This document shows positions 9,167 through 24,165 of a stretch of 64,000 nt of DNA, one piece after another. Source of the stretch: Deltaproteobacteria bacterium (GTDB lineage Bacteria > Myxococcota_A > Polyangia > Polyangiales > Houyiibacteriaceae). A program made the position numbers and the translations under genes. Location of the stretch: NCBI GenBank assembly GCA_034670305.1, contig JAXMNT010000009.1, forward strand, positions 128,001-192,000, given 5' to 3'. The stretch's first letter is position 1. Every line of letters begins with the position of its first letter. The notes under the pieces are model-generated. The model searched no databases, was not told the DNA's origin, and worked only from the letters and a program-made list of their open reading frames with translations.

Positions 9167-10810
9167 TCATACCGGGTGCCCCGCGTCGGTGTCGTCCGAG
9201 TCTTCCTCCCCATCGGACAGCCCCGCGAGGTACGCGAGTCGGACGGGATGAAAGGGCGGCCGCGGGGTGATGGGTTCGGAAGCGCACTCGCCGCCCACCG
9301 CCGCCAGCAGACGCGCGCAGGCCGCGACGCATTGTTTGCCCTGGCACCAACCGGTGCCGAACCCGGTGTAGCGTTTGGCCGCTTCGAGATCTCGGTGCCC
9401 GCGGGCGCTGGCCTGCTCGAGCTCGTGGAGGGTCACGTCTTCGCACCGGCAGACGAACACTTTGTCCGACTTGCCGCCGGGCAGGACGACGGGGTCGCGT
9501 ACAGGAGTGGGCGCGGCTTCGTGCGGCACCTGGTCCAGGCCGGTCGCGGCCGCGATCCCTGCTGCGGTCGCTTGTTCGAGAGAACCTTCTCCGCCTCGGC
9601 CGCGCCCGGTGCAGCGCCCGATGGCGAAGGTCCGCGGGTGCGCTGTGCGCCCGTCGTCGTCCGCGCCCACCCAGAAGCCGCGGCCATCGAAACGGACCTG
9701 CGCACCGGCTTGTCCGGCGAGTTCGTAGACGCCCGTCGAAGGTCCGCCGACGAGCACCGCGTCGCATTCGATCTTCGAGGAACCGCGCTCGTCCTTCACC
9801 CGAACGTACGAGGCCGTGGGCCGGCCTCCGATGCCGAGCACACGCGCGGGGGCGATCGGCCCGACCACGGTCGAATCCTGGGAGCGGAGCCACGCCACCG
9901 CGCGCGTCAGAAGCGGTCCGCCCCCGATCGCCACCACCTGCTCGCCGACGATCACCCCGAGCTCGAGCAGCGTCAGGACCGCGCGTGCGGTGAAGACCCC
10001 GGGCCGGTCGTTGCCGGGTGTCACCGCACCGCCCTCCGCGCTGCCCGTGGCGACGACGAGCGCGCGGGGGATGATGCGAAGCAGACCGTGTTCGTCGGCG
10101 GCGAGCAGGGTTCGGGACGGTCGGCCATCGGCGTCCGGCTGGGTGGGATCGTCGTGCACGGCGAGCGCGGTCGCGCCGAGGCGCACGTCCACCGGCGGTC
10201 CGGGGCGCGGCAGTGGTTCTCCCGCCTTCTTCGAGGTGCCCCCGAGCGAGAGCTCCTCCTCGAGGAGCAGGACGCGGGCGCCATGTTTCGCGGCCGTGTT
10301 GGCCGCCTGTACCCCGCTGCGCCCGCCACCGACCACCACGATGTCGCGTTCGAGGGTTCGGGCGGCGACCGGCGCTTCGATCGCATCCGGCAGCCGTCCG
10401 ACGCCGGCGACGCGGCGGGCGACCTTTTGCATCAGCCGGTTGATGGGCGCGAAGCGCGTGAACATGTGGTGGTGGTCCATGCCCTCGGGAAAGAACCAAT
10501 CGGTGACCGAGAGCAGGTCGGCGCGGGCGGTGCCCATGACGTTCTGGGTCTCGAGCACCATCTCCTCGCGGGCCGGCAACCGGCACGTCATCACGTTGGG
10601 GACACCGTCCACCCGCATCAGACATCCGTCGCAGCGACCCCGCAGACACGCGGCGCCACGCGGGCGGTGGTACTTCACGCTCCGGCCGAACACTGAACGG
10701 CCCGCGGCGAGCAAGGCGACCGCAACCGGCTCACCGCGTTCGGCGAGGACGGCTTCCCCATCGACCTGGAGTGTGACCGGACTGGCCAGTTGCAAAACCC
10801 TGCGTGCCAC
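9167..10810 (-). CDS. Sarcosine oxidase alpha / proline dehydrogenase alpha-like subunit with N-terminal 2Fe-2S and C-terminal BFD-like Fe-S domains
   Basis: RSVKYHRPRG..C..G.C..C...C, VVVGGGRSG, GNDRPGV, CRCEDV...GTGWCQGKQC...TPRPP. Confidence 0.85.
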   Translation of the reverse strand: MARRVLQLASPVTLQVDGEAVLAERGEPVAVALLAAGRSVFGRSVKYHRPRGAACLRGRCDGCLMRVDGVPNVMTCRLPAREEMVLETQNVMGTARADLLSVTDWFFPEGMDHHHMFTRFAPINRLMQKVARRVAGVGRLPDAIEAPVAARTLERDIVVVGGGRSGVQAANTAAKHGARVLLLEEELSLGGTSKKAGEPLPRPGPPVDVRLGATALAVHDDPTQPDADGRPSRTLLAADEHGLLRIIPRALVVATGSAEGGAVTPGNDRPGVFTARAVLTLLELGVIVGEQVVAIGGGPLLTRAVAWLRSQDSTVVGPIAPARVLGIGGRPTASYVRVKDERGSSKIECDAVLVGGPSTGVYELAGQAGAQVRFDGRGFWVGADDDGRTAHPRTFAIGRCTGRGRGGEGSLEQATAAGIAAATGLDQVPHEAAPTPVRDPVVLPGGKSDKVFVCRCEDVTLHELEQASARGHRDLEAAKRYTGFGTGWCQGKQCVAACARLLAAVGGECASEPITPRPPFHPVRLAYLAGLSDGEEDSDDTDAGHPV

Positions 10811-10873
10811 GGCCGCAGCGTACCCCGCGCACTGGGCGCTGGGTCAGTCGGAACGTGCGATTCGGACGATGGC

Positions 10874-11743
10874 CTAGAACGGGCCGGCGGCGGCCGGGTC
10901 GTTTTCGGGCGGGGGCGCGTCGGGGTCGGGGGGCGACACCTCGGGTTGCACCGCAGGCGTGATCGAGAACTCGATCTGGCTCGGCGTGGCGTGCGCCACC
11001 TCGAGTCGCTCCACGCCTTCCTGAAACAGCGGATGCCAGGCGTGAATGATGACCGGCATGCCCGCGGGCACGCCGTCGAGCTCGAAGCTGCCGTCTTCCG
11101 CCGTCACCGCGTAGACCGGCGCGTAGACGGTCACGACGTCGGTCCGACCACACGGCGCGGTGAAACCGCACCGGACCGCCTGCACGCCGCCTTCGGAGAG
11201 TTCGATCTCGCGCGGCTCGCCCAGCATCAGTGCTTCCATGAACCCCGAGCGGCCGATGGTCGGGAGGAACGGGTACTCGTGCTCCGTCGTCAGCTTGAGT
11301 GTGTCGCCCGTGGCCGCGGCGACGACCGGCGGGGTGAGGCGGCAGTTGCGGATCACCACATCGTGCGTCCGCGCCGGCACGTCTCCGACCGCCGCCATGA
11401 ATGCTTCTCGGTCCGGGGCGGTTGCGGTGATGACGACGTTCGAGAGCACACGCCCTTCGCCCATCTGCACCGGCGTGCGGTCTCGGGTCCGGGGGGGAGA
11501 ACACTCGCCGGGCATCGGTGAGTTCGTGCCTTCGCGCATGGCGGCTTCCGGGTAGCTCGGGAGCGTGGCGCCTTCGGCCAAACGCACGACCCCACGCACG
11601 ACGCCGAGGTTCGGGTTCGCGCTGCGGTCGGTGACGGGCGCTTCTGGCGGCTGTTCGGTGCCGCTGCCGGGGCGTTCCCCACACGAACCGCAACCGACGG
11701 CACACGCCGCACTCACCGACCACACCAACACCCAACGAGACAT
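10874..11743 (-). CDS. Lipoprotein with cupredoxin-like / carboxypeptidase-regulatory-like beta-sandwich domains
   Basis: Signal peptide with AVGC; DGSFELDGVPAG..IHAWHP pattern; ATG at 11743 preferred. Confidence 0.7.
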   Translation of the reverse strand: MSRWVLVWSVSAACAVGCGSCGERPGSGTEQPPEAPVTDRSANPNLGVVRGVVRLAEGATLPSYPEAAMREGTNSPMPGECSPPRTRDRTPVQMGEGRVLSNVVITATAPDREAFMAAVGDVPARTHDVVIRNCRLTPPVVAAATGDTLKLTTEHEYPFLPTIGRSGFMEALMLGEPREIELSEGGVQAVRCGFTAPCGRTDVVTVYAPVYAVTAEDGSFELDGVPAGMPVIIHAWHPLFQEGVERLEVAHATPSQIEFSITPAVQPEVSPPDPDAPPPENDPAAAGPF

Positions 11744-11859
11744 CGAGCGCAACCTGTCAGACGCGCGCCGCGGGGGCAACGGCGCAAGGTGGCGGCAGTG
11801 GCGGCGGCCCGGAACGGAGGTGGGTTGCGCTTGGGCGCTGGAGCAGTGAGGTTTCGGCC

Positions 11860-12945
11860 ATGGGTCCATTCGCACGTTGGTCGCTCCTGCTCTCTCTCGT
11901 TTCCATTCTGGCTTGTGGGGACGATTCGGCGCCGCCCGACGACGCCTCGGTCGGGGCCGACGTGTTGGTCACCGAAGACGCTGGAACCGATGCTGGCGGA
12001 GAACGCGCCCCGCGCTGGGAGATGGTCGCGGATCCAGACGTCGGCCCGCTTCGGATCTGGGCGCCCCTGGTCGCGCCGATGGATGGCAACCGCACCTTCT
12101 TGTTCGGCGGGACCAACGTGGACACGGTGGTCGGCACCACGTTCGACCGCGCCTACATCTACTCCTGGGCGGCTGGTGCCCTCGTCGCGACAGAGCTCGC
12201 GGTGGATGCGACGGAGAAACCCGACTCCCGCTACTGCGGCTGCGCGGTGCACGACCCGGATCGAAACGTGGTGATCGTCGCGGGTGGTCGGCCGCTCTCC
12301 AGTCCGTTCCTTCCCGAGAACGACACCTGGGAACTCGATCTGTCCACCGAGGTGTGGACCCGCTGGACCGGCACCACGCCGCCCTCGACCCTCGGCTGCA
12401 TGCTCGCCCGACAGCCCGACGGAGAGATCGTCTGGTTCGGGGGCATCGCCGAAGGGGGCGGCGCGAGTGACCAGACCTACCGCGCCAACGGCGACGGTTG
12501 GGATCTCATCACAACCACCGCGGCGCCCTCGGGCCGTTACGACGGTGTCTTCTTCCCAGCGCCCGATGGCGATGGATTGCTGCTCTTCGCGGGGGCCGAC
12601 CGCGCGACCGGGAGCGGGTTCTTCGCGGACGTGTGGCGCTTCAGCGAAGGCGACTGGACGATGTTGCACGACGGCGCGGGGGTCGAAGGCCGCCGGGTCG
12701 CGTGGGTCCGGCCGACCGACACCGGCTTCGTCGCGGTCGGCGGCTTCGACAACATGATGCGTTCGCTCGGCGACGCGTTCGAGTTCGACCTGGCGACCAG
12801 CGCGTTCTCTCCGCTCGTCGCGGACAACCCGCCGGGCCAGCGCTCCTTCGCGGCCGCCCTCGAGGCGGAAGACGGCGTGGGCGTCATGCTCTCCGGCTAC
12901 GACGGCGAGGGCCCAGTGCGCGACATTCGGGTGCTGAGGTTCTAG
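11860..12945 (+). CDS. Kelch-repeat lipoprotein
   Basis: ILAC lipobox; repeated LFGG/VAGG/WFGG...DTW/DVW Kelch units. Confidence 0.8.
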   Translation: MGPFARWSLLLSLVSILACGDDSAPPDDASVGADVLVTEDAGTDAGGERAPRWEMVADPDVGPLRIWAPLVAPMDGNRTFLFGGTNVDTVVGTTFDRAYIYSWAAGALVATELAVDATEKPDSRYCGCAVHDPDRNVVIVAGGRPLSSPFLPENDTWELDLSTEVWTRWTGTTPPSTLGCMLARQPDGEIVWFGGIAEGGGASDQTYRANGDGWDLITTTAAPSGRYDGVFFPAPDGDGLLLFAGADRATGSGFFADVWRFSEGDWTMLHDGAGVEGRRVAWVRPTDTGFVAVGGFDNMMRSLGDAFEFDLATSAFSPLVADNPPGQRSFAAALEAEDGVGVMLSGYDGEGPVRDIRVLRF

Positions 12946-13005
12946 AGCGCTCGCATCCCGCAGAACGCGCGCGGTCGGGCACCACAGACGCGATACATTG
13001 GCGGG

Positions 13006-15246
13006 ATGCAAGCATTTGAGATCGCGTATGCACCCGACGAGACCCGCGTCGCACTCGGCTGGCCCGGCGGACTGCTCGCGGTGCACGAAGTCGAACCAAC
13101 CGACGGTTCCCCGGGAGCGGAGGTGACCCAGGTCGTCCATCACAAAGCGACGTTGGTGTGTGTCGGGTGGCTCGGCGACGAACACCTCGTGAGCGTCTCC
13201 TCCGACGGAGTCTGGGCTGTGAGCGACGCCAGCTCCGGAGGGGTGCTGCGTTCGGGTTCGGTAGGCGGCAGCCGCGCGTCCGCTTCGATCTCACCAGCCG
13301 GCGGGTTTCTCTTCGTCAGCTCGAGCGACACGGGCGTCGGCACCTTTCGCGTGAACCTCGAGACCGGCGCCACCGACGAAGGCGTGAATCTCAACGACCA
13401 CCGAATCTACGGCTCGAGTCGGGTCTTCGCGTTGGACGATGGGTTGGCCGCGTTCCACTTCATTCACGACGGGGCCGACGACAAGGTGGTCGAGGGGTTC
13501 GTCCAGGTGGACTTCGTGGCGGGCACCGCCGCCACCAAGACCTTCGACACCGCGCCGGTCAGCGACTTCGACGACGACACGCGTTTGATGTGGATCGACG
13601 GCGGGCGCGGTCTGGGCGTTCGGCCGGACTACACGCCGCTCACCTTCGGCGGACCCGACGACTCGGTGGCGATCCTCTCGGTGGAACTCTTCGACGCGCG
13701 CACCCTCGAGACGCGGCATGTGCGCGTCGCCACCGGCTGGCCGCGCTCGCACTGCGAAGGGCCGCTGTCTGGACTCGTGTCGGCCGAACCCGGCTCGGAC
13801 GAGTTCATGAAGAGTCAGGACTGGTTCGTCCGGCGCCTCAAGAGTGCGCGTTTCGCGGGAGACCATCTCTGGTTCACGATCGAAGGGGGCGCCGTGCGGC
13901 GCATCGCGATCGACAGCGACGATCGCGACCAGGTCGTGATCCATGGAGGCGGCGCCAACACGTCGTACACCCTGGACGATGTCTTCGCGCGCAACTTGCA
14001 CAACTGCCACACCCTCGGGGTGAGTGGCTCCGGCACCTACATCGCGTTCGGCAACCCCAACGACTTCTTCTCGGTCCGCTCGGTCGGCCTCGACGCCGCG
14101 GAGGAAGCGATTCGGCTCCCGAAACGCGCGACCTCAGGGGCTGTCGCGGAGGCGCCTGGACTCGTCGCGTTCGCGGGCGACCTGCTCGTGGTGTTCGACA
14201 AGGGCCACCGGATGTTCTTCGTCGATGGGGCCAGCGGCGAGATCGGCGCGACGATCGAACTCGAGCGTTGGTACGGCGACGCGAACGACGTTGACCGCTC
14301 GCCCACAGGCCGGTACCTCGCGGTTGCGGTGGGCGGTGGTGAGTCGTTCTACTGGGACTTCGAGACGAGCGAGTTGATGGGGCTGCCCATGCCGCCGCAC
14401 GCGGTGCGGGTGGGCTTTTTCGGGGACGCGCGGGCAGCGCTCGTGCACCACAACGGCGCGGTGATGACGCTCGACGTGGAAGAGATGGTCAGCTGCGCAC
14501 GGCGCGCGCCGGACGAAGAAGGCGAAGAACCGGATGAGGACTACGACGCGTTCGAGCAGCGGTACGACGTGTATGCGTCGGCGGTCTTCGAGGTCGCCGG
14601 CGTGCCCACCGTCGCGACCTTGGACGAGAACGACGCCGTTCAGTTCTACTCGATCGACGATGCACTCGAGATCGAGGTGGGCGCTGCGCATTCGCAGGCT
14701 GGCCGGCGGCTGGTGGGCGGAGACGGGTGGTGCGCGAGCCTCGACCGCAAGGGGCGGGTGACCGTCCGATCGTTGCCGTCCTTCGAGGTGACCGCCGAAC
14801 ACCAGTTGGCCACCGGCGCCGACCTGTTCGTGGGCGACGCGTCGGGCGCGCTCTTGGCGTTCGACGACGCGACCGGCCAGTTGCTCGCGCTCTCGCGCGA
14901 CTCCGAAGAGACCGAAGTGCGGTTCGAGTACGTGGGCGCTGCGACCGCGCAGGTGCGCGTGAAGGAGTCGCTCGACCGGGTGGCGGTGGTGACCGCGGCC
15001 GGCCGCATCGAGTTGCGCGTGCTGAGCACGGGAGAACTCATCGCGGTGCTCGAAGTGCGGCCGACCGACGACGACGCGCGGACGCTGGTGACCGCGGGGG
15101 AAGACACGGAGCCGGCGAAAAAGAAACCGGCGGCGAAGAAGAAGCCGGCGGCGGCGACGAAGAAGAAGACAGCGGCGAAGAAGAAGCCGGCGGCGAAGAA
15201 GAAGACGGCGAAGAAGAAGAAGAAGACGGCGAAGAAGAAGAAGTAG
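13006..15246 (+). CDS. WD40-like beta-propeller protein with Lys/Ala-rich C-terminal tail
   Basis: Repeats such as YAPDETRVA, ISPAGGFL and RSPTGRYLA; tail KKKPAAKKKPAA...KKKK. Confidence 0.72.
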   Translation: MQAFEIAYAPDETRVALGWPGGLLAVHEVEPTDGSPGAEVTQVVHHKATLVCVGWLGDEHLVSVSSDGVWAVSDASSGGVLRSGSVGGSRASASISPAGGFLFVSSSDTGVGTFRVNLETGATDEGVNLNDHRIYGSSRVFALDDGLAAFHFIHDGADDKVVEGFVQVDFVAGTAATKTFDTAPVSDFDDDTRLMWIDGGRGLGVRPDYTPLTFGGPDDSVAILSVELFDARTLETRHVRVATGWPRSHCEGPLSGLVSAEPGSDEFMKSQDWFVRRLKSARFAGDHLWFTIEGGAVRRIAIDSDDRDQVVIHGGGANTSYTLDDVFARNLHNCHTLGVSGSGTYIAFGNPNDFFSVRSVGLDAAEEAIRLPKRATSGAVAEAPGLVAFAGDLLVVFDKGHRMFFVDGASGEIGATIELERWYGDANDVDRSPTGRYLAVAVGGGESFYWDFETSELMGLPMPPHAVRVGFFGDARAALVHHNGAVMTLDVEEMVSCARRAPDEEGEEPDEDYDAFEQRYDVYASAVFEVAGVPTVATLDENDAVQFYSIDDALEIEVGAAHSQAGRRLVGGDGWCASLDRKGRVTVRSLPSFEVTAEHQLATGADLFVGDASGALLAFDDATGQLLALSRDSEETEVRFEYVGAATAQVRVKESLDRVAVVTAAGRIELRVLSTGELIAVLEVRPTDDDARTLVTAGEDTEPAKKKPAAKKKPAAATKKKTAAKKKPAAKKKTAKKKKKTAKKKK

Positions 15247-15541
15247 GCCGACGCCGAAGCTGACGCCGACGCCGAATCCGACGCCGACGCCGAAGCCGAC
15301 GCTGAAGCCGAAGCCGAAAACCGACGCCGAAGCCGATGCCGACGCCGAAGCCGATGCCGACGCCGACGCCGACGCCGAAGCCGACGCTGAAGCCGAAGCC
15401 GACGCCGAAGCCGAATCCGAAGCCGATGCCGACGCCGAAGCCGATGCCGAAGCCGAGTTCCGAGTTCCGACTTCCGACGCCGAAGCCGACTCCGGAGCCG
15501 ACGCCGAAGCCGACTTCCGACTTCCGACTTCCGACTTCCGA
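15247..15541. repeat. Hexamer array (GCCGAA/GCCGAC/GCCGAT)n followed by (CTTCCGA)n heptamers
   Basis: Directly visible ~290-bp low-complexity tract between convergent genes. Confidence 0.9.
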
Positions 15542-15547
15542 AACGAG

Positions 15548-15580
15548 AGAACCGACCGCGGCGGGGCCGGGGTCGGTTCT
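15548..15580. terminator. Hairpin downstream of nuoN, possibly a bidirectional terminator
   Basis: AGAACCGACC...GGTCGGTTCT inverted repeat. Confidence 0.55.
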
Positions 15581-15604
15581 GTTGGGGTGGACGCTGCTCG
15601 CGTT

Positions 15605-17076
15605 CTAGAAGCGCGCGGCGGCGATGGCGTAGTCGAGGACCCAGTTGGGCATCAGGCCCCAGGCCATGACGGCGGCGCCACTGAGGGCGAGGGCGGTGGT
15701 GACGTAGCCGCTCTTCATCGGAGTGGCGGTGGCCTGGCCTTCTTCCGGCGACTCCATGAAGAGGCACACGAGGACGCGCAGGTAGTAGTAGGCGCCCACG
15801 GCGCTCGCGAGCACGCCGATGACAGCGAGCCAGATGTACTGGTCTCCGGCCTGCACCGCGGCGTTGAACACGTAGTACTTGCCGAAGAAACCAGCCGTGG
15901 GCGGGAAGCCCATCAGCGACAGGATCCCGATGATGAACGGGAGCGCGGCGGCGGGGTGGCGGCGGCCGGCGCCGCGCAAGTCCGCGTAGTGCACGGACTC
16001 TTTGCCCTTCGAACCGAAGTAGATGAGCGAGCCGAACGCGAGCACGTTGCTGACGGTGTAGGCGAGCAAGTAGTAGAGCACCGAGCTGATGCCGAGCTCC
16101 TCCACCCGGAACGCTGCGACGAGCCCGACGAGGATGTAGCCGGCGTGGGCGATCGACGAGTACGCCAGCATGCGCTTGATGTTCTGCTGGGCGAGCGCGG
16201 CGATGTTGCCGTAGATCATCGAGAGCACGGCGATGCCGGCGAGGAGCGGCGGCCAGCCGGCGGTGTCGTTCATGGTCGCTTCGCTTCCGAAACACACCAT
16301 CATCACGCGTACGAAGACCGCGAACGCAGCGGACTTCACCGCGACGCTCATGAACGTGGTCGCCGGGGTGACGGCGCTCTCGTAGGCGTCGGGGGTCCAC
16401 ATGTGGAACGGAACCGCGCTCACCTTGAACGCGAGCCCGACGATGACCATCAGCATGCCGAAGAGCACGAGCCGGGTGTCGGCCGCGCCACTGTCGATCG
16501 AAGCGGCGATGCCGACGAAGTCGGTGTGTCCGGTCGCGGCGTAGAGAAGCGCGGCGCCGAAGAGCAGGATCGCGGCAGCGAAGGAGCCGAGCAGGAAGTA
16601 CTTCATCGCGCCTTCGACGGCGCGTTTGCTGGTGCGCCGGAACGCGACCATGCAGTACACGGCCAGCGACATCGTCTCGAGCCCCAAGAAGAGTGAGAGC
16701 ATGTCGACCGAGCGGGCCAGAATCATCGCGCCGAACGCGCTGAAGATGATCAGCACGTAGAACTCGCCGCGGTCGTGACCGTGCTCATTCAAGTAGCCGC
16801 CCGCGAGCAACGCGCTCAGCGCGCCACCCAGGCAGATGACCACATCGAAGAAGAGCGCCATCTTGTCGACGGCGATGAAGTTGCCGATCTCGGGAGGCAG
16901 CGCGGTCATGCCGCCGTCGCGCATCAAGAGCGCGAGGGAGATGCCGCCGGCGGCCGCCAGCGACACCGCGGTGACCATGCCGAGTTCGGCGCGTTCTTTG
17001 GCGAACGCGTCGACCATCATGATGAAGAGCCCGCTGAAGACCAGAAGCAGCAGCGGAGCGACGTAGAGCCAGAAGC

Positions 17077-17080
<4 letters not shown>
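15605..17080 (-). CDS. nuoN: NADH-quinone oxidoreductase subunit N
   Basis: [45 protein letters not shown] 17080 overlaps the nuoM stop. Confidence 0.96.
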
Positions 17081-21827
<4,747 letters not shown>

Positions 21828-21842
21828 CGGTGGTGTCCGCTA

Positions 21843-22148
21843 TCAGTGCTTCAAGGTGTCCGCGGTGTCCGTGTCCACAGATTTGTGGAGGCGGAACAAC
21901 GCGATGAGGATCGCGAGCCCGACGGCAGCTTCTGCCGCGGCGATCGCGATGACAAAGAACGAGAAAATCTGGCCGACGTGGTTGTCCACGTGCAGCCGGT
22001 TCACCGCGACGAGCACGATGTTCACCGAGTTGAGCATCAATTCGATGCTCATGAGCTGGATCAGCGCGTTGCGCCGAACGAGAAAACCGATGGCGCCGAT
22101 GCCGAAGAGCAACGAGGCCAAGGTCAGGTAAGCGTTGAGATCGACCAT
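21843..22148 (-). CDS. nuoK: NADH-quinone oxidoreductase subunit K
   Basis: RRNALIQLMSIELMLN, AAAEAAVGLA. Confidence 0.97.
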   Translation of the reverse strand: MVDLNAYLTLASLLFGIGAIGFLVRRNALIQLMSIELMLNSVNIVLVAVNRLHVDNHVGQIFSFFVIAIAAAEAAVGLAILIALFRLHKSVDTDTADTLKH

Positions 22149-22714
22149 CAGGCTGCCTTCTCGATCTGCGCGCGGCGCTCACGCGCTTCGCTGAGTTCCT
22201 TGGCGGTCTTGGTGCGGGCGACCGCGAGCGCGCCAACGATGGCGACGAGCAGGGTGATCGACACGACCTCGAAGGGCACGAGGGACTGCCGGTAGAGCGC
22301 CTCGCCGACCACCTGGGTGCTGCCGAAGCCCTCGGGTGTGGCGACGTACTGCGCGCTCACGTCCACGAGCGTGAACGCGAGCGTGGCGGTGAACATGCCC
22401 ATGCCCGCCAAGCTGAGCATGCGGACCATCAGGTGGCGTCCACCAGCGGTTGCATCGTTGCTGCCTTCGGACGACGGTCCGATCAGCATGATGACGAAGA
22501 TGAAGAGGACCACGACCGCGCCCGCGTAGACGAGCAGCTGGATGGCAGCCAGGAGTTGTGCGCTCAGGCCGAGGTACAAGCCCGCGATCGCGATGATCGT
22601 GACGAGCAAGGAGACCGCCGCGCGCAGCGGACGCCGAGCGGCGACCGTGCCGATGGCACCCAACACGGAGACCACCGCGCAGACCAAGAAGAGAACGAAG
22701 CCAGCCGTACTCAT
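22148..22714 (-). CDS. nuoJ: NADH-quinone oxidoreductase subunit J
   Basis: QLLVYAGAVVVLFIFVIML, PFEVVSITLLVAIVGA; ATG 22714 overlaps the nuoF stop. Confidence 0.94.
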   Translation of the reverse strand: MSTAGFVLFLVCAVVSVLGAIGTVAARRPLRAAVSLLVTIIAIAGLYLGLSAQLLAAIQLLVYAGAVVVLFIFVIMLIGPSSEGSNDATAGGRHLMVRMLSLAGMGMFTATLAFTLVDVSAQYVATPEGFGSTQVVGEALYRQSLVPFEVVSITLLVAIVGALAVARTKTAKELSEARERRAQIEKAA

Positions 22715-24165
22715 GCCGCTTTTCCGCCTTCCGACTTCTTCACAAGGGCGCGCGCGCTGTCGTCGTGCCGCGCTTCGAGCGGCGCACCGCGTTCCGCGGC
22801 TTCGATGAACTCGTCGCGGAACTTCTGAACGAAGCCCAGCATCGGCATCGCCGTTCCGTCCGCGAACGCGCAGATCGTGTTGCCCATCATGTTGTTTGCG
22901 ATGTCCACCAAGAGGTGCACGTCTTCGACTTTGCCGCGGCCGGTGCAGAGGCCGTCGAGCACGTCGACGAGCCAGCCGCAGCCTTCGCGGCAGGGCGTGC
23001 ACTGCCCGCACGACTCGTGTTTGTAGAACCGCATCAGGTTGCGGCAGGCCTCGACCATGTTGACCGAGTCGTCCATGACGATGGCGCAACAGGTGCCGAG
23101 CATGGTGCCGAGCGCACGGTAGGTGTCGACGCCCATGGGCACGTCGATTTCGCTCTTGCCGTGCCAGGCGTGGAGCGGGTGGTCCTCGTTCGGCGCGTCG
23201 ACCAACAGATCGGGCCGGAGCACCGGGGTCGACGAGCCACCCGGAATCACGGCCTTCAGCGGGCGGCTGTCGTCCAGCATGCCTCCGCCGTAGACCTCGA
23301 TGAGTTCGCGCATCGTGATGCCGACGGGCGCTTCGTACACGCCGGGCGCCTTCACGTGTCCGCTGATGCCGTAGAGGCGCAGTCCACCGTCCGCGGGCGG
23401 GCCGCCGTCTGTGCCCTCGAAGCGGCTGAGCTTCGCCCAGGCTTCTCCGCCCATCTCGACGATGTCGGGGACCGAGGCGATCGTCTCGACGTTGTTCACG
23501 ATCGTGGGCATGTCGAACGCGCCCTTGATCGCGGGGAAGGGCGGCTTGAGGCGGGGTTCGCCGCGGCGCCCCTCGAGGCTGTTGAGCAGCGCGGTCTCTT
23601 CGCCGCAGATGTAGGCGCCGGCCCCGGTGTGGGTCCAGATGCGGACCGGGTGGTTCTTGCCGAAGGGACGTTCGCCGACGTAGCCCTTGGCGCGGGCCTC
23701 CGCGAGGGCGTCGTCCAGGAACTTGATGGAGTGCGCCAGCTCACCGCGGACGTAGATCCAGCAGTCGTGGGCACCGATCGCGAAGCAGCTCAGGAGGATG
23801 CCTTCGATGAGCCGGTGCGGATCCTCGTTCATGAGGGTCCGGTCTTTGAACGTGCCGGGCTCGCTCTCATCCGCATTGATGACGAGGTAGACGCTCTCGC
23901 CCTCTTTGGGGTTGAGGAAGCTCCACTTGCGACCGGCCGGGAAGCCCGCCCCACCGCGACCGCGGATGGAGGCCTTCAGGACCTCATCCTTGATCTTGTC
24001 GGCCGTGAGCAGCCCAGCGAACGCCTTCTTCGCCAACGCGTACGCCCCGTGTTTCTCGGCGACCGCAAGGGTGTGGGCGTCGTCGATGTCGTACCGGGCG
24101 GTGAGCAGTTTCTTCTCGCACTTCGGAGGAAGTGCGTCCGGCGTGGTCGAGTCTTCGTCACTCAT
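22711..24165 (-). CDS. nuoF: NADH-quinone oxidoreductase subunit F
   Basis: RGRGGAGFP, NADESEPGTFKDR, GAGAYICGEETAL, ESCGQCTPCREG, TICAF. Confidence 0.97.
   Translation of the reverse strand: MSDEDSTTPDALPPKCEKKLLTARYDIDDAHTLAVAEKHGAYALAKKAFAGLLTADKIKDEVLKASIRGRGGAGFPAGRKWSFLNPKEGESVYLVINADESEPGTFKDRTLMNEDPHRLIEGILLSCFAIGAHDCWIYVRGELAHSIKFLDDALAEARAKGYVGERPFGKNHPVRIWTHTGAGAYICGEETALLNSLEGRRGEPRLKPPFPAIKGAFDMPTIVNNVETIASVPDIVEMGGEAWAKLSRFEGTDGGPPADGGLRLYGISGHVKAPGVYEAPVGITMRELIEVYGGGMLDDSRPLKAVIPGGSSTPVLRPDLLVDAPNEDHPLHAWHGKSEIDVPMGVDTYRALGTMLGTCCAIVMDDSVNMVEACRNLMRFYKHESCGQCTPCREGCGWLVDVLDGLCTGRGKVEDVHLLVDIANNMMGNTICAFADGTAMPMLGFVQKFRDEFIEAAERGAPLEARHDDSARALVKKSEGGKAA

Noticed and set aside
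1461-10810. Creatinine-to-sarcosine degradation pathway (creatininase plus sarcosine oxidase-like genes)
   Set aside because: The genes are separated by ftsAZ and unrelated genes, no creatinase is present, and both families are broad
15336-15608. PKPTPKP / ASASAS / QQQK peptides (also 45584-45928, 46882-47438, 61505-61927)
   Set aside because: They are translations of hexamer DNA arrays that are open in several frames, with no RBS or domain evidence
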